Source: Microthrixaceae bacterium | GTDB taxonomy: Bacteria; Actinomycetota; Acidimicrobiia; Acidimicrobiales; Microtrichaceae | NCBI GenBank assembly: GCA_019694615.1 | Contig: JAIBBP010000264.1 | Coordinates: forward strand, 958-64,957 | DNA length: 64,000 bases | Direction: 5' to 3' | Shown: positions 29,139-37,375 of the stretch, piece after piece | Position numbering within the stretch: position 1 is the stretch's first letter | Layout: each line of letters opens with the position of its first letter | Program-made: the position numbers and the translations under genes | Notes under the pieces: model-generated | Told to the model about the DNA's origin: nothing | Seen by the model: only the letters and a program-made list of their open reading frames with translations | Databases searched by the model: none

Positions 29139-29720
29139 ATGGATGCGACGTGGAGTCGCGGCGACGGCGGCAGCGAGTGGACCGCCGCAACCGACCTGGC
29201 AGGGCACATTGCCGCCGGTGGGGAGTTGCCGAGCATCCCGAGCCCAGTGCTGATGGATGCGGGCGAGGTGCTCCATGCTGACCTTCCTGCTCAGGGTTGG
29301 CGGTTCCACGGCGCGGACGTCACGTATGTCGCGCCTCACGTCGTCGCGATCGGCGGTCCGCTCATGTTCGGGCTCACCGCGGCGGGCAGCGCCGTCGCTC
29401 GTCGCCGGGCGCGCCACGAGGCCGAGGCGTTGGCCGCACCGCAGTGGCGACCGTTGGGTGCGTTGCGCATCCTCGTGACCGACCGACGTTTGCTCGTGTG
29501 GCACAAGGGCGCCTGGGCGTCGGTTTGGTTCAGCGTGATCCGTGAGATCCGACCGGACCTGGCGGTGGGTCGTCTCGACATGACCTTCGAGGACGATCCG
29601 CCGTACTGCCTTGCTGGGCCGTGGGTGCCGTACCTGACGGTGATCGTGACCACGCTGCTCGCTGGTATCCGAGGTGTCCGTGCGGTCGAGGATGCTCTCG
29701 CTGTCCCGCACGGTGCCTGA
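29139..29720 (+). CDS. hypothetical membrane-associated protein (possible bacterial PH-like domain)
   Basis: The only plus-strand gene in this block. Has a hydrophobic segment (VVAIGGPLMFGLTAAGSAV) and an ILVTDRRLLVWHKG pattern. Confidence 0.4.
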   Translation: MDATWSRGDGGSEWTAATDLAGHIAAGGELPSIPSPVLMDAGEVLHADLPAQGWRFHGADVTYVAPHVVAIGGPLMFGLTAAGSAVARRRARHEAEALAAPQWRPLGALRILVTDRRLLVWHKGAWASVWFSVIREIRPDLAVGRLDMTFEDDPPYCLAGPWVPYLTVIVTTLLAGIRGVRAVEDALAVPHGA

Positions 29721-30785
29721 TCATCGGCTGACGCTGAACCCTGCTGCCGTGTACCTCACGGCGAGGTTGACCGAGCGTCCCATATCGTGGGTCCAGTCGT
29801 CGGAGCGGCGCATGGCGTCGTTCAGGTCGCCGCTGCCCAGATCGAGCACGACCGGTGGGTGTTGGCGAGCTTCGAGGAGCGATGCGAGTCGATGGGAACC
29901 AGCGTGTCCGGCGTCGTCGGCGTCGAACGCGATGACCAAGGGGTGTGGGAGCTTGGCGAGGGCGGTGGCGACGGCTTCGTCGCCGTAGGTGGCGCTCAGC
30001 ACGGCGACGGCTCGATAGCCAGCCGCGGCGGCTGAAAGCGCGTCGATGGCTCCTTCGGTGACGACGACTTCCGGATGGCGTGTCTCTACTGGTCGTGCTC
30101 GGGCGAGGCGTGGGTTGGTGGCGAGGTCCGCGGTGGGGTTGAGGTACCGGGGCCGGTCGGCCCGGGGATGCGGTACCCGGAGCTGTGCGTAGACGGCGTG
30201 GCCGTTCTCGATGGCGGGGAGGACGATGCCTGCGGCACGGGGCATGCCATCGGGGCGCGGTTGTGCGTGTGGACCGACGTCGGCGCCGATGCGGTTCTCC
30301 ACGAGGACGTCGTGTGGGAGTCCACGGCTGTTGGTGAGCCACCGTTGCATCGCTTGTCCGCCCGGTGTCCAGAGTCGTGTCGCGCAATCGTCGATGTAGC
30401 GGGCGAGTCCTTCGGGGTCACGACAACCTGCCGGGGGCAACGTCCGAGGTGGCGCGGCTCGACGTGGGGGATGCCAGTCGTCTGGTTGCTCACGGTGGCC
30501 GGAACGATCGGCGAGGTAGGTCATGGCGTCGCGTGGTGTACCGCCCCGGACGGCGAGGACGAGGTCGATGGCCGTTCCGCCATCACCGCAACCGTGGCAG
30601 CGCCAACGCTGCTCGCCGCGACGGCTGGTGAAGATGCTGACGGGAGGGGTGCGGCCGGTCTGGGCATGCTGTGCGCTGGGGCAGGGCCACATCGGGGATC
30701 TTCCGCCGCCAGACGGAGGACCAAGGAGGTCGTCGGCGAGGGCTCGAAGGTCGACGGCGGCCAGGAGTGCGTCGCGGTCGAACAT
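29721..30785 (-). CDS. DNA primase (CHC2 zinc finger + Toprim)
   Basis: CPSAQH ... RCHGCGDGGTAIDLV zinc finger. Toprim VVVTEGAIDALS and AFDADDAG. Confidence 0.85.
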   Translation of the reverse strand: MFDRDALLAAVDLRALADDLLGPPSGGGRSPMWPCPSAQHAQTGRTPPVSIFTSRRGEQRWRCHGCGDGGTAIDLVLAVRGGTPRDAMTYLADRSGHREQPDDWHPPRRAAPPRTLPPAGCRDPEGLARYIDDCATRLWTPGGQAMQRWLTNSRGLPHDVLVENRIGADVGPHAQPRPDGMPRAAGIVLPAIENGHAVYAQLRVPHPRADRPRYLNPTADLATNPRLARARPVETRHPEVVVTEGAIDALSAAAAGYRAVAVLSATYGDEAVATALAKLPHPLVIAFDADDAGHAGSHRLASLLEARQHPPVVLDLGSGDLNDAMRRSDDWTHDMGRSVNLAVRYTAAGFSVSR

Positions 30786-30788
30786 GGC

Positions 30789-32093
30789 TCACGCCGCCTC
30801 GGTCCGATCGGTCGGGCCGTTCATGCGGGCGTCGGTGTCGACGATGGGCTGCTCGCCAGGGCCGAGGATGTGGTGGACGACGGCGGTTCGGCCACCGAGC
30901 TTCCACAGCGCGCGACCGCGGGTGAGCTGGCCGACGATGGACGCTTCGGGCCCGGTGAGTCCGAAGTGGGCGACGGCGGCGTCGAGCTGGTCGGGGGCTT
31001 GGCGAAGGATGATCTTCGTGGCCGAGTCCGCGAGGAGACCGGCGGCGATCTTGCTCGTGGCGGTGCCGTCGTCGGCCTGGGCCACGAGGTCCGAGGCGCG
31101 GTGGGTGATGCAGAGGTTCGCGACGCCGTAGGTGCGGCCAAGCTTGAAGCAGCTCTGGAGGTAGGCGGCGGTGTGGCGGTTCGCGAGGAGCGCCCAGGCT
31201 TCGTCGAGGACCTGCACGCGCTGGGGGCCGGGGCAGGCCATGAGCTGTTGGAACCAGCCTGCGGCAGCGACCATGACCAACGGGAGCGCGTCGGAGTCGG
31301 TCGGCACAGCGGAGAGGTCCATCACGACACCTGGGCCGTCCCAGCGCAGCGGGACGGTGGACCGTCCGTCGAACATGCCGCGCAACGATCGGGAGAGCAG
31401 CTTGTCGAGGGCGTACGCGATCGTGCTCATCTCAGCGGCGAGATCGTGATCCGTGCCGCGAAGCCGTTCGGTCATCGCGTCGGTCGGGTTGGCGACGAGA
31501 CGGGCGACATCCGCGAGCGTGGGCTCGTCGAGCGGAGCGGCGGTGACCTGTTCGATCGCCGCGAACACCGCTGCGTCCTCGAGCTGGGTAAGTGGCCGCT
31601 CGAGCACCGTGCCGACGAGCGCGATGCACATCTCAGCTCGGCGGAGGATCTGGCGATCTTCGGGCTCGTGTTCCGCCGCGGGACCCGGGGCAAGAGGGTT
31701 GATGGTGGCCGTGCCGCCGGGGCTGAGCTTCACCGTGGTGAAACCGAGGTGCTCGGCGAGGGTCGCGTACTCCCCCTTCGGATCCGCGATTCCGACCCAC
31801 CTCCCGCTCGAGCCGGTGCCGTAGATCGCGGCTTGTCGCCACAGGAGGCACTTGACGAGCGCCGACTTGCCGTTGCCGGGCTCGCCGAGCACCCATCCGT
31901 TCGGGTTCGTGACGAGCCCGGCGGCGTAGGCCTCGAAGGGGTCCCAGCAGAACTCACTGCCACCGGCGAGGAGATCGAGACCGACGTAGGTGCCTCGGTG
32001 TCCGAAGGAGCCTTGGACCGAGAAGGGGTAGATGCTGGAGACGTGGGCGGTGGTGCCTTGGTGGTAGCGGAGCCGCAGTGATGGCCGGGTCAT
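30789..32093 (-). CDS. VirB4-like conjugative ATPase (C-terminal ATPase domain type)
   Basis: Walker A GEPGNGKSA, Walker B VQVLDEAWALL. ATGA overlap with the upstream membrane protein. Confidence 0.85.
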   Translation of the reverse strand: MTRPSLRLRYHQGTTAHVSSIYPFSVQGSFGHRGTYVGLDLLAGGSEFCWDPFEAYAAGLVTNPNGWVLGEPGNGKSALVKCLLWRQAAIYGTGSSGRWVGIADPKGEYATLAEHLGFTTVKLSPGGTATINPLAPGPAAEHEPEDRQILRRAEMCIALVGTVLERPLTQLEDAAVFAAIEQVTAAPLDEPTLADVARLVANPTDAMTERLRGTDHDLAAEMSTIAYALDKLLSRSLRGMFDGRSTVPLRWDGPGVVMDLSAVPTDSDALPLVMVAAAGWFQQLMACPGPQRVQVLDEAWALLANRHTAAYLQSCFKLGRTYGVANLCITHRASDLVAQADDGTATSKIAAGLLADSATKIILRQAPDQLDAAVAHFGLTGPEASIVGQLTRGRALWKLGGRTAVVHHILGPGEQPIVDTDARMNGPTDRTEAA

Positions 32094-33580
32094 GACGCCA
32101 GGAGGGTCGAGGGGGCGAGGCCGAGCGGGAGCGCGGCGGCCCAGCCGAGGTCTTGGCGGGCGTCGAGGACGCGCAGGTCCATGCCGCTCTCCCGTGCGAG
32201 TTGCTCGATGATCTCGGAGTGTTCGTCGAGGTCGTCGAGGCTGCGGGCCGAGACGGTGACGAGTCCGGCGTAGCCCATCTCGGGGTAGCCGGCGACGAGC
32301 TCCTCCTCGCGGTCGAGCAGCGCTTGGGTGGCGCGGCGGTGACGGGCGTCGATGCGCCGTCCCTTCTCCTCCTTCGTGACGGCATCGGATTCGAGCTTCA
32401 CGAGGTCACGTTCGATGCGTCGCCGGGACTGGTGGGTGGAGACGGGCTGGAAGTAGACGGTCATCGATCTGGTGACGCCGCCGCCGGAGAGGAACGGTTC
32501 CAGCCATGCCGGTGGCACGGCGAGGCGGGGCCAGGTGCCGACCCACCAGGTGCGGTGGAACGCTCCGTCGACGCGTAGGTGCCGCCAGTCGGTCTCCAAC
32601 GCGAGCGGCCCGGCGGTTCCGGCTCGGACGAGCGCGAGGCGTTCGACGAGACGTCCTCGGCGGGGACGGGGCTTCTCACCGACAGGGTCGATGCGTGAGC
32701 GGACGAGACGTTGCAGCCCGGTGGGGTCGAGCGGGTTGGATGCGGCGAGGTCCGCTGAGCGCAGGCCGCGAAGGAGCGCCTCGACCGAGGTGACGAGCGC
32801 TCGGCGGAGTTGCTCGTCGACGCCTCCCATTCCGGTCCGGCGGCGCGAGAGGCGCTCGCGGGCAACGGTGATCGTGACGACCGCTTCGTGGTTGATGGCT
32901 GACGCGGTGCCGACTTCGAGGAGGTCGCGGTAGGACGTCGCTGCCGGTTCGTTGGGGATGCCCCTTGATTCGGAGTTCAGCCAGGCGATGTGGTCGGCCA
33001 TCCCGGACGGTTGGGCGAGGTCTGACCACGACAGGTGGGAGACGACGCCCCGTTCGACGGCGTACTGGCCGAGCAGGTCGCCCCATCCAGTGAGGAGGCG
33101 CTCCTGCTCGCCGCGGGGTTCGACCACGAACTGCGGCCCCGACGCGGGAACGACTGCGGTGAGGGTGTGACGGTGCCGGTCACGAATCGCTCCGAGGGCC
33201 ACACCGCCGCGCCAGTCGAGGCCGACGATGTCGAGCCCGTCGAGGCACGGCGGCATCGGCGCTGGGCCCTCGGCGGTGGACCACAGCGGGAGCGGGGCGT
33301 TCCAGCGTCGACCGCGTCGCAGGCGCGTCCAGGACCAGCCTGCCAGCAGGGGTACCCACTCCCAGGTGGCGTGGCCGCCGATGCGGGTGAAGCTCACCGC
33401 GGCACCGACGAATACGGGGACCGCTGCAACCGGTAGCGGGGCTCCTCCGCTGAGGGTGACGACCGCCAGGCCGATGCCACCGCCGAGGAGGATGCACTGG
33501 ACCAAGCCGAGACCGAGGAAGATCCCTGAGCTGTCGAGTGGTTCGAGCCGGTAGGACCGGTCGACGCGCTCAGGAGACAT
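32090..33580 (-). CDS. conjugation membrane protein (possible VirB3/VirB4 N-terminal equivalent)
   Basis: Two N-terminal TM segments followed by a ~400-aa soluble domain. Translationally coupled to the ATPase. Confidence 0.55.
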   Translation of the reverse strand: MSPERVDRSYRLEPLDSSGIFLGLGLVQCILLGGGIGLAVVTLSGGAPLPVAAVPVFVGAAVSFTRIGGHATWEWVPLLAGWSWTRLRRGRRWNAPLPLWSTAEGPAPMPPCLDGLDIVGLDWRGGVALGAIRDRHRHTLTAVVPASGPQFVVEPRGEQERLLTGWGDLLGQYAVERGVVSHLSWSDLAQPSGMADHIAWLNSESRGIPNEPAATSYRDLLEVGTASAINHEAVVTITVARERLSRRRTGMGGVDEQLRRALVTSVEALLRGLRSADLAASNPLDPTGLQRLVRSRIDPVGEKPRPRRGRLVERLALVRAGTAGPLALETDWRHLRVDGAFHRTWWVGTWPRLAVPPAWLEPFLSGGGVTRSMTVYFQPVSTHQSRRRIERDLVKLESDAVTKEEKGRRIDARHRRATQALLDREEELVAGYPEMGYAGLVTVSARSLDDLDEHSEIIEQLARESGMDLRVLDARQDLGWAAALPLGLAPSTLLAS

Positions 33581-35039
33581 TGCCAGGCCCCTTTGGTGGT
33601 GCCGAGTCGGAGCCGCCAGATGGGCGCGAGGAACCGGACGGCCGCTCCGGCGGCGGAGATGGATCCGGTGTCGGGCGACCGCCCGCGGGGTGGTCCGAGC
33701 GGGGTGTGCTTCTGGCCGGTGGTCTCGCGCCCCGGGTGGACTCGGCGGTGTCGGTCGCTTCGCTGGCGGTCTCCGCCGCGACGCGCGCTCCGGTGTCGAT
33801 ACCCTTCTTGGTCGTCTCGACGACCTTGGCGGCGGCTACCACTGCGGCGCCCACCCCTGTTGCTGCCGCGCCCGCACCTGCCGCCCCGGCTCCAGCGCTG
33901 CCAGACCCGCCGGCGGTGGGTGCGCCAGCTCCCCCTGGTGGAGCGCCTCCTTGTGGTCCGGCACCCGCTCCTCCTGCTTCGCCGCCGCCGGCACGGCCGC
34001 TGGCGAGCTGGCTGTATCGGCGGCCGGTGACCATCTGCAGGGTGTTGGCCATCATCAGGCCCTGGTGCCCGGCACGGACTGGGGAGCCGGGGATGCCCTG
34101 GGCGACGAGCGCCGCCTCGGTGAGGGGCAGCAGGCGGGCGACGAGCAGCGGGGAGAACGCGGCGACGCCAAACGCAGCCGCGGCGGTCAGCAGGATGCCG
34201 ACGGCCTGGGTGACCGACCCGCCGGGATCTTCGGCGAACACCTCAGGCTCGGGAAGCGAGGTCACCTCGCCGCCCGAGCCCGTGCCGACCGCGGCCGCCG
34301 CTGCGACCGAGAGGGCGACGGCGATGACGAGCTTGGAGACGATGAGGGCGACGAGTAGGTCGAGGAGCTTGCGGCTTGCTCCCTTGGTGGCTGGCCACAG
34401 ACGAGTGGCGAAGACGATCGGGGCGAGCGCCACGACGATGTAGATCAGCGCGGACCGCACGACGAGCACGGCGACGAGCACGAGCCCAGCGAGCACGGCG
34501 ACGAGTCCGAGGACGAACACGACGAACGCCGTCGACGTGCCACCGGAGAGGTGGCTGAGCGTGAGGATCACCGCTGTGAAGTCGGAGATGTCGTCTTGGA
34601 AGTTGCCGATGATCTCGCCGGACAGCGCGTCGGTGAGCCGGATCAGCACTTGGATGATGGTCACGAGCCCGACCATGCCGAGCACCGACACCGGCAGCTC
34701 GAGGGCCATCCGGCGGAGCATCCCGCCGACGTCGCCGCTCAAGGTTCCTTGGACGATCCCTGCGAGGACGAACAGCAGCAGGAGTGTGGCGCCGATGCTG
34801 ACGGTGGTGGCGTAGGGGCCGGTGCCGGTGATGAACCAGTCGGCTTGGACGTTCGGGTCGGTCGAGTCGATGAAGAAGTTGAAGACGCCACCGACGACCC
34901 AGATCACCGCGTCGACGACCCAGGCGACAAGGCCGCCGATGATCACTTCGAAGCCCGCTGTGGCGACATCGCCGACGAAGCCGGTGACCTTGTCGATAGC
35001 CCAGCCGACCGGGTTGGGAAAGCTGATGCCGAGGATCAC
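33570..35039 (-). CDS. polytopic T4SS membrane protein (VirB6/TrbL-like) with G/A/P-rich tail
   Basis: At least six hydrophobic helices. GTGA start-stop overlap at 35036-35039. Low-complexity C-terminal tail. Confidence 0.55.
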   Translation of the reverse strand: MILGISFPNPVGWAIDKVTGFVGDVATAGFEVIIGGLVAWVVDAVIWVVGGVFNFFIDSTDPNVQADWFITGTGPYATTVSIGATLLLLFVLAGIVQGTLSGDVGGMLRRMALELPVSVLGMVGLVTIIQVLIRLTDALSGEIIGNFQDDISDFTAVILTLSHLSGGTSTAFVVFVLGLVAVLAGLVLVAVLVVRSALIYIVVALAPIVFATRLWPATKGASRKLLDLLVALIVSKLVIAVALSVAAAAAVGTGSGGEVTSLPEPEVFAEDPGGSVTQAVGILLTAAAAFGVAAFSPLLVARLLPLTEAALVAQGIPGSPVRAGHQGLMMANTLQMVTGRRYSQLASGRAGGGEAGGAGAGPQGGAPPGGAGAPTAGGSGSAGAGAAGAGAAATGVGAAVVAAAKVVETTKKGIDTGARVAAETASEATDTAESTRGARPPARSTPRSDHPAGGRPTPDPSPPPERPSGSSRPSGGSDSAPPKGPGNVS

Positions 35040-35758
35040 GAGACCGGCTCCCCATCCATGCGGGTGAACCCGTCGAGCGCGCTGTCGAACGGCTCCGCGT
35101 CCCACGGCTGGTCCTTGGGGCCGGTGATCGGCGTCGGCCCCGGTGTGTCGCGTACGCCGTCGACTCGCCAGTCACCGTCGACCCACGAGAGGTCCAAGGT
35201 AACCGTGAGGAACTCCGACTGCGGTGCCGCCACGCTCGCAGCGGACAGGATCGTGACGGTCCACACGGACACTCGGGCCTCGGTGTCGCGGTAGTCGTCG
35301 ACGCGCCAGGCGAGTGGGCGGACGAGCCACCAGATCCGCCCGGAGGATTGGGCGAGCTGCTCGCGGGCCATCGACACATCAGCGACCACGTCCTCGGCCA
35401 GCCGTGACGCGGCAACTGGGGTCGCGATCTCGGCGATCGCAGCTTCGATCTCCTCGTCGGTGAAGTAGAGCCACCGCTGCGAAGCCGTCGCGTAGGCGAC
35501 CGCCGCTGCGACCGCGCCGGGTTCGTCGGCCGAGAAGCCGACCGGAACACCAGCGGCGTCGCCAGCCGGTCCGGCCACGCCAGCGGGCACGGTCGGCCGG
35601 GGTGCCTCCGCGGCCGACGGGGTTTCGTTGCCGTCATCGCTGGGTCGGCTGCCTTGGCCGAGGCGGACGAGGAGCACACCGGCGACGAGGGCGACGACGA
35701 TGACCGTCGCGATGATCGCGGTGCGCCGGGATGGAGGTGCGCTGTCGTGGCGGCTCAT
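35036..35758 (-). CDS. membrane-anchored conjugation protein (VirB8/TcpC-like role, tentative)
   Basis: Single N-terminal TM segment (IIATVIVVALVAGVLLV), a proline-rich linker and a ~150-aa globular domain. The role is inferred from position in the T4SS operon. Confidence 0.4.
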   Translation of the reverse strand: MSRHDSAPPSRRTAIIATVIVVALVAGVLLVRLGQGSRPSDDGNETPSAAEAPRPTVPAGVAGPAGDAAGVPVGFSADEPGAVAAAVAYATASQRWLYFTDEEIEAAIAEIATPVAASRLAEDVVADVSMAREQLAQSSGRIWWLVRPLAWRVDDYRDTEARVSVWTVTILSAASVAAPQSEFLTVTLDLSWVDGDWRVDGVRDTPGPTPITGPKDQPWDAEPFDSALDGFTRMDGEPVS

Positions 35759-36048
35759 CAGCTCGCCGCCTCGAACAGCATGTTGACCGCCGTCGGCGCG
35801 ACGCCGGCGAGGATCGCGCCGACGACACCGCCGAGGGCGAGGGTCTTGCCGCGGCTGGCGCCGCCGTAGCTGCCACCTTCACGGGCCAGGCCGTACATGG
35901 CGGCACCGATCAACAGGGCGGCGAGGCTGCCCCACAGGGCGAGCATCTGGGCCCAGTTCAGCAACTGCTGGATCAGGTCGGCGCCGGGCATGCCGTCGGT
36001 GCTCGGGTCGACCTCGACCTGGGCGAGGACACCGGGGATGCGGATCAT
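35758..36048 (-). CDS. small two-TM protein (VirB2/TrbC-like, tentative)
   Basis: GAGGAGG 8 nt before the ATG at 36048. Two hydrophobic helices (MLALWGSLAALLIGAAMYGL and LALGGVVGAILAGVAP). Confidence 0.5.
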   Translation of the reverse strand: MIRIPGVLAQVEVDPSTDGMPGADLIQQLLNWAQMLALWGSLAALLIGAAMYGLAREGGSYGGASRGKTLALGGVVGAILAGVAPTAVNMLFEAAS

Positions 36049-36091
36049 GAGGGAACCTCCTCGGAAGCGGTGAGACGTTGTCGTCACCCCC

Positions 36092-36107
36092 GTAGGCCCC
36101 TCGGCGA
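36092..36107 (-). promoter_or_regulatory. conserved motif TCGCCGAGGGGCCTAC (instance B)
   Basis: Same 16-mer as instance A, here 37 nt upstream of an SD-led ATG. Back to back with instance D in a 115-bp divergent region. Confidence 0.45.
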
Positions 36108-36148
36108 TCGAAAACTCTCCACGCGTCCGCGAAGAATCCGCGCGTCAC

Positions 36149-36157
36149 GGGGCCTAC
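36149..36157 (+). promoter_or_regulatory. conserved motif GGGGCCTAC-N6-ATG (instance D)
   Basis: The motif ends 6 nt before the wall-hydrolase ATG at 36164. Confidence 0.45.
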
Positions 36158-36163
36158 CTGGGC

Positions 36164-37300
36164 ATGAAGCTCCCAGCAGCGGCCGCACTCGCCTGCCTCG
36201 TGACCATCGGGGGGTTCACCTCCCTGCCGATCCTCGCCATCGGTGTCGGCGGCACGTCACCACCCGGTTGTGGGGAGGTCGGCGAGGTCGCCGACGACGG
36301 CACCCCCAGCATCCTCGGCCCCTCAGCCCTGAGGGTGAGCGGCCTGCGCGCCTGGTGGAACAGCACCGGCCGCGGCCAGCCGCCGCGCCTTCGCATCGCC
36401 ATCGAGGACCTCATCGCGCTCTACGTCACCGAAGGCGACGCCGAAGGAGTCCGAGGCGACGTGGCCCTCGCCCAAGCGGTGCTGGAGACGGGCCACTTCA
36501 CCAACAGCGACACCGCCATCAACAACTTCGCCGGAATCGCCCACTACGACGGCACCGCGTCCGGGTCCGGGTTCGCCGATCCGATCATCGGCGTGCGCGC
36601 GCAGATCCAGCTGCTGAAGAAGTACGCACTCGGCAACGACGCTCCGCTCGCCAACCCCAACGTCGCGCCGCGGGCTGGGGCATCCGCGACGACGTGGGGT
36701 GGCCTCGCCGGGACGTGGGCGTCAGCAACGACCTATTGGACCTCGCTCAGCTCGGTGTACGAGTCGATGCTCACCCACGCAGGCTCGACGCCCGACCCAG
36801 CCGACCCCTTCGCGTCACTCGGTCCACTGACGTGTGGAAGCGGGGACCTCGCCGTCAGCGGCGACTATGCCCTACCGGTCGAACGGCGCTGGTACGACGA
36901 GAACCCCCGCTGGTTCACCAAGCCCCACCACGACTACCCGGCCGCCGACATCCCCGTGCCCGTCGGGACACCGCTCTACGCCGTCACCAACGGCGTCGTC
37001 GTCGGGACGCCGACGAGCGGGAAGTGCGGGATCGGGGTCATCTTCAACGGCGACGACGGAGCCCAGTACACCTACTGCCACGGCAACCCCGGCACCCAAG
37101 CTGTCGCGATCGGTGACCGCGTCAACGTCGGGCAGCGCCTCCTCGACAGCGCCTCCACGGGCAAAAGCACCGGACCCCACCTCCACTTCGGCATCCGCAT
37201 CGACGGCACCCAACGTTGCCCGCAGCCGTTCTTCGTCGCGATCGCCGACGGTCAACCCCTCGCACCGCAGGGTCTCCCCACGAGCGGCTGCTCCTACTGA
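36164..37300 (+). CDS. secreted cell-wall hydrolase (glucosaminidase-like domain + M23 peptidase)
   Basis: Signal-like N-terminus, LETGHFTNSDTAINNFAGI (glucosaminidase-like), M23 motifs HHDYPAADI and GPHLHFGIRIDG. Confidence 0.85.
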   Translation: MKLPAAAALACLVTIGGFTSLPILAIGVGGTSPPGCGEVGEVADDGTPSILGPSALRVSGLRAWWNSTGRGQPPRLRIAIEDLIALYVTEGDAEGVRGDVALAQAVLETGHFTNSDTAINNFAGIAHYDGTASGSGFADPIIGVRAQIQLLKKYALGNDAPLANPNVAPRAGASATTWGGLAGTWASATTYWTSLSSVYESMLTHAGSTPDPADPFASLGPLTCGSGDLAVSGDYALPVERRWYDENPRWFTKPHHDYPAADIPVPVGTPLYAVTNGVVVGTPTSGKCGIGVIFNGDDGAQYTYCHGNPGTQAVAIGDRVNVGQRLLDSASTGKSTGPHLHFGIRIDGTQRCPQPFFVAIADGQPLAPQGLPTSGCSY

Positions 37301-37375
37301 CGGGATCCGTAAGAGTTCCGTGTGCAGAGGTGCCCTTCACCGCATCGCTGCGCTGCGACGTTTAGGTTCCCAGCT

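Noticed and set aside
33600-34100. Gly/Ala/Pro-rich stretch that looked like a DNA tandem repeat.
   Set aside because: There is no exact nucleotide periodicity. It is the low-complexity C-terminal tail of the VirB6-like protein, and the plus-strand ORFs across it are mirror-frame artefacts.
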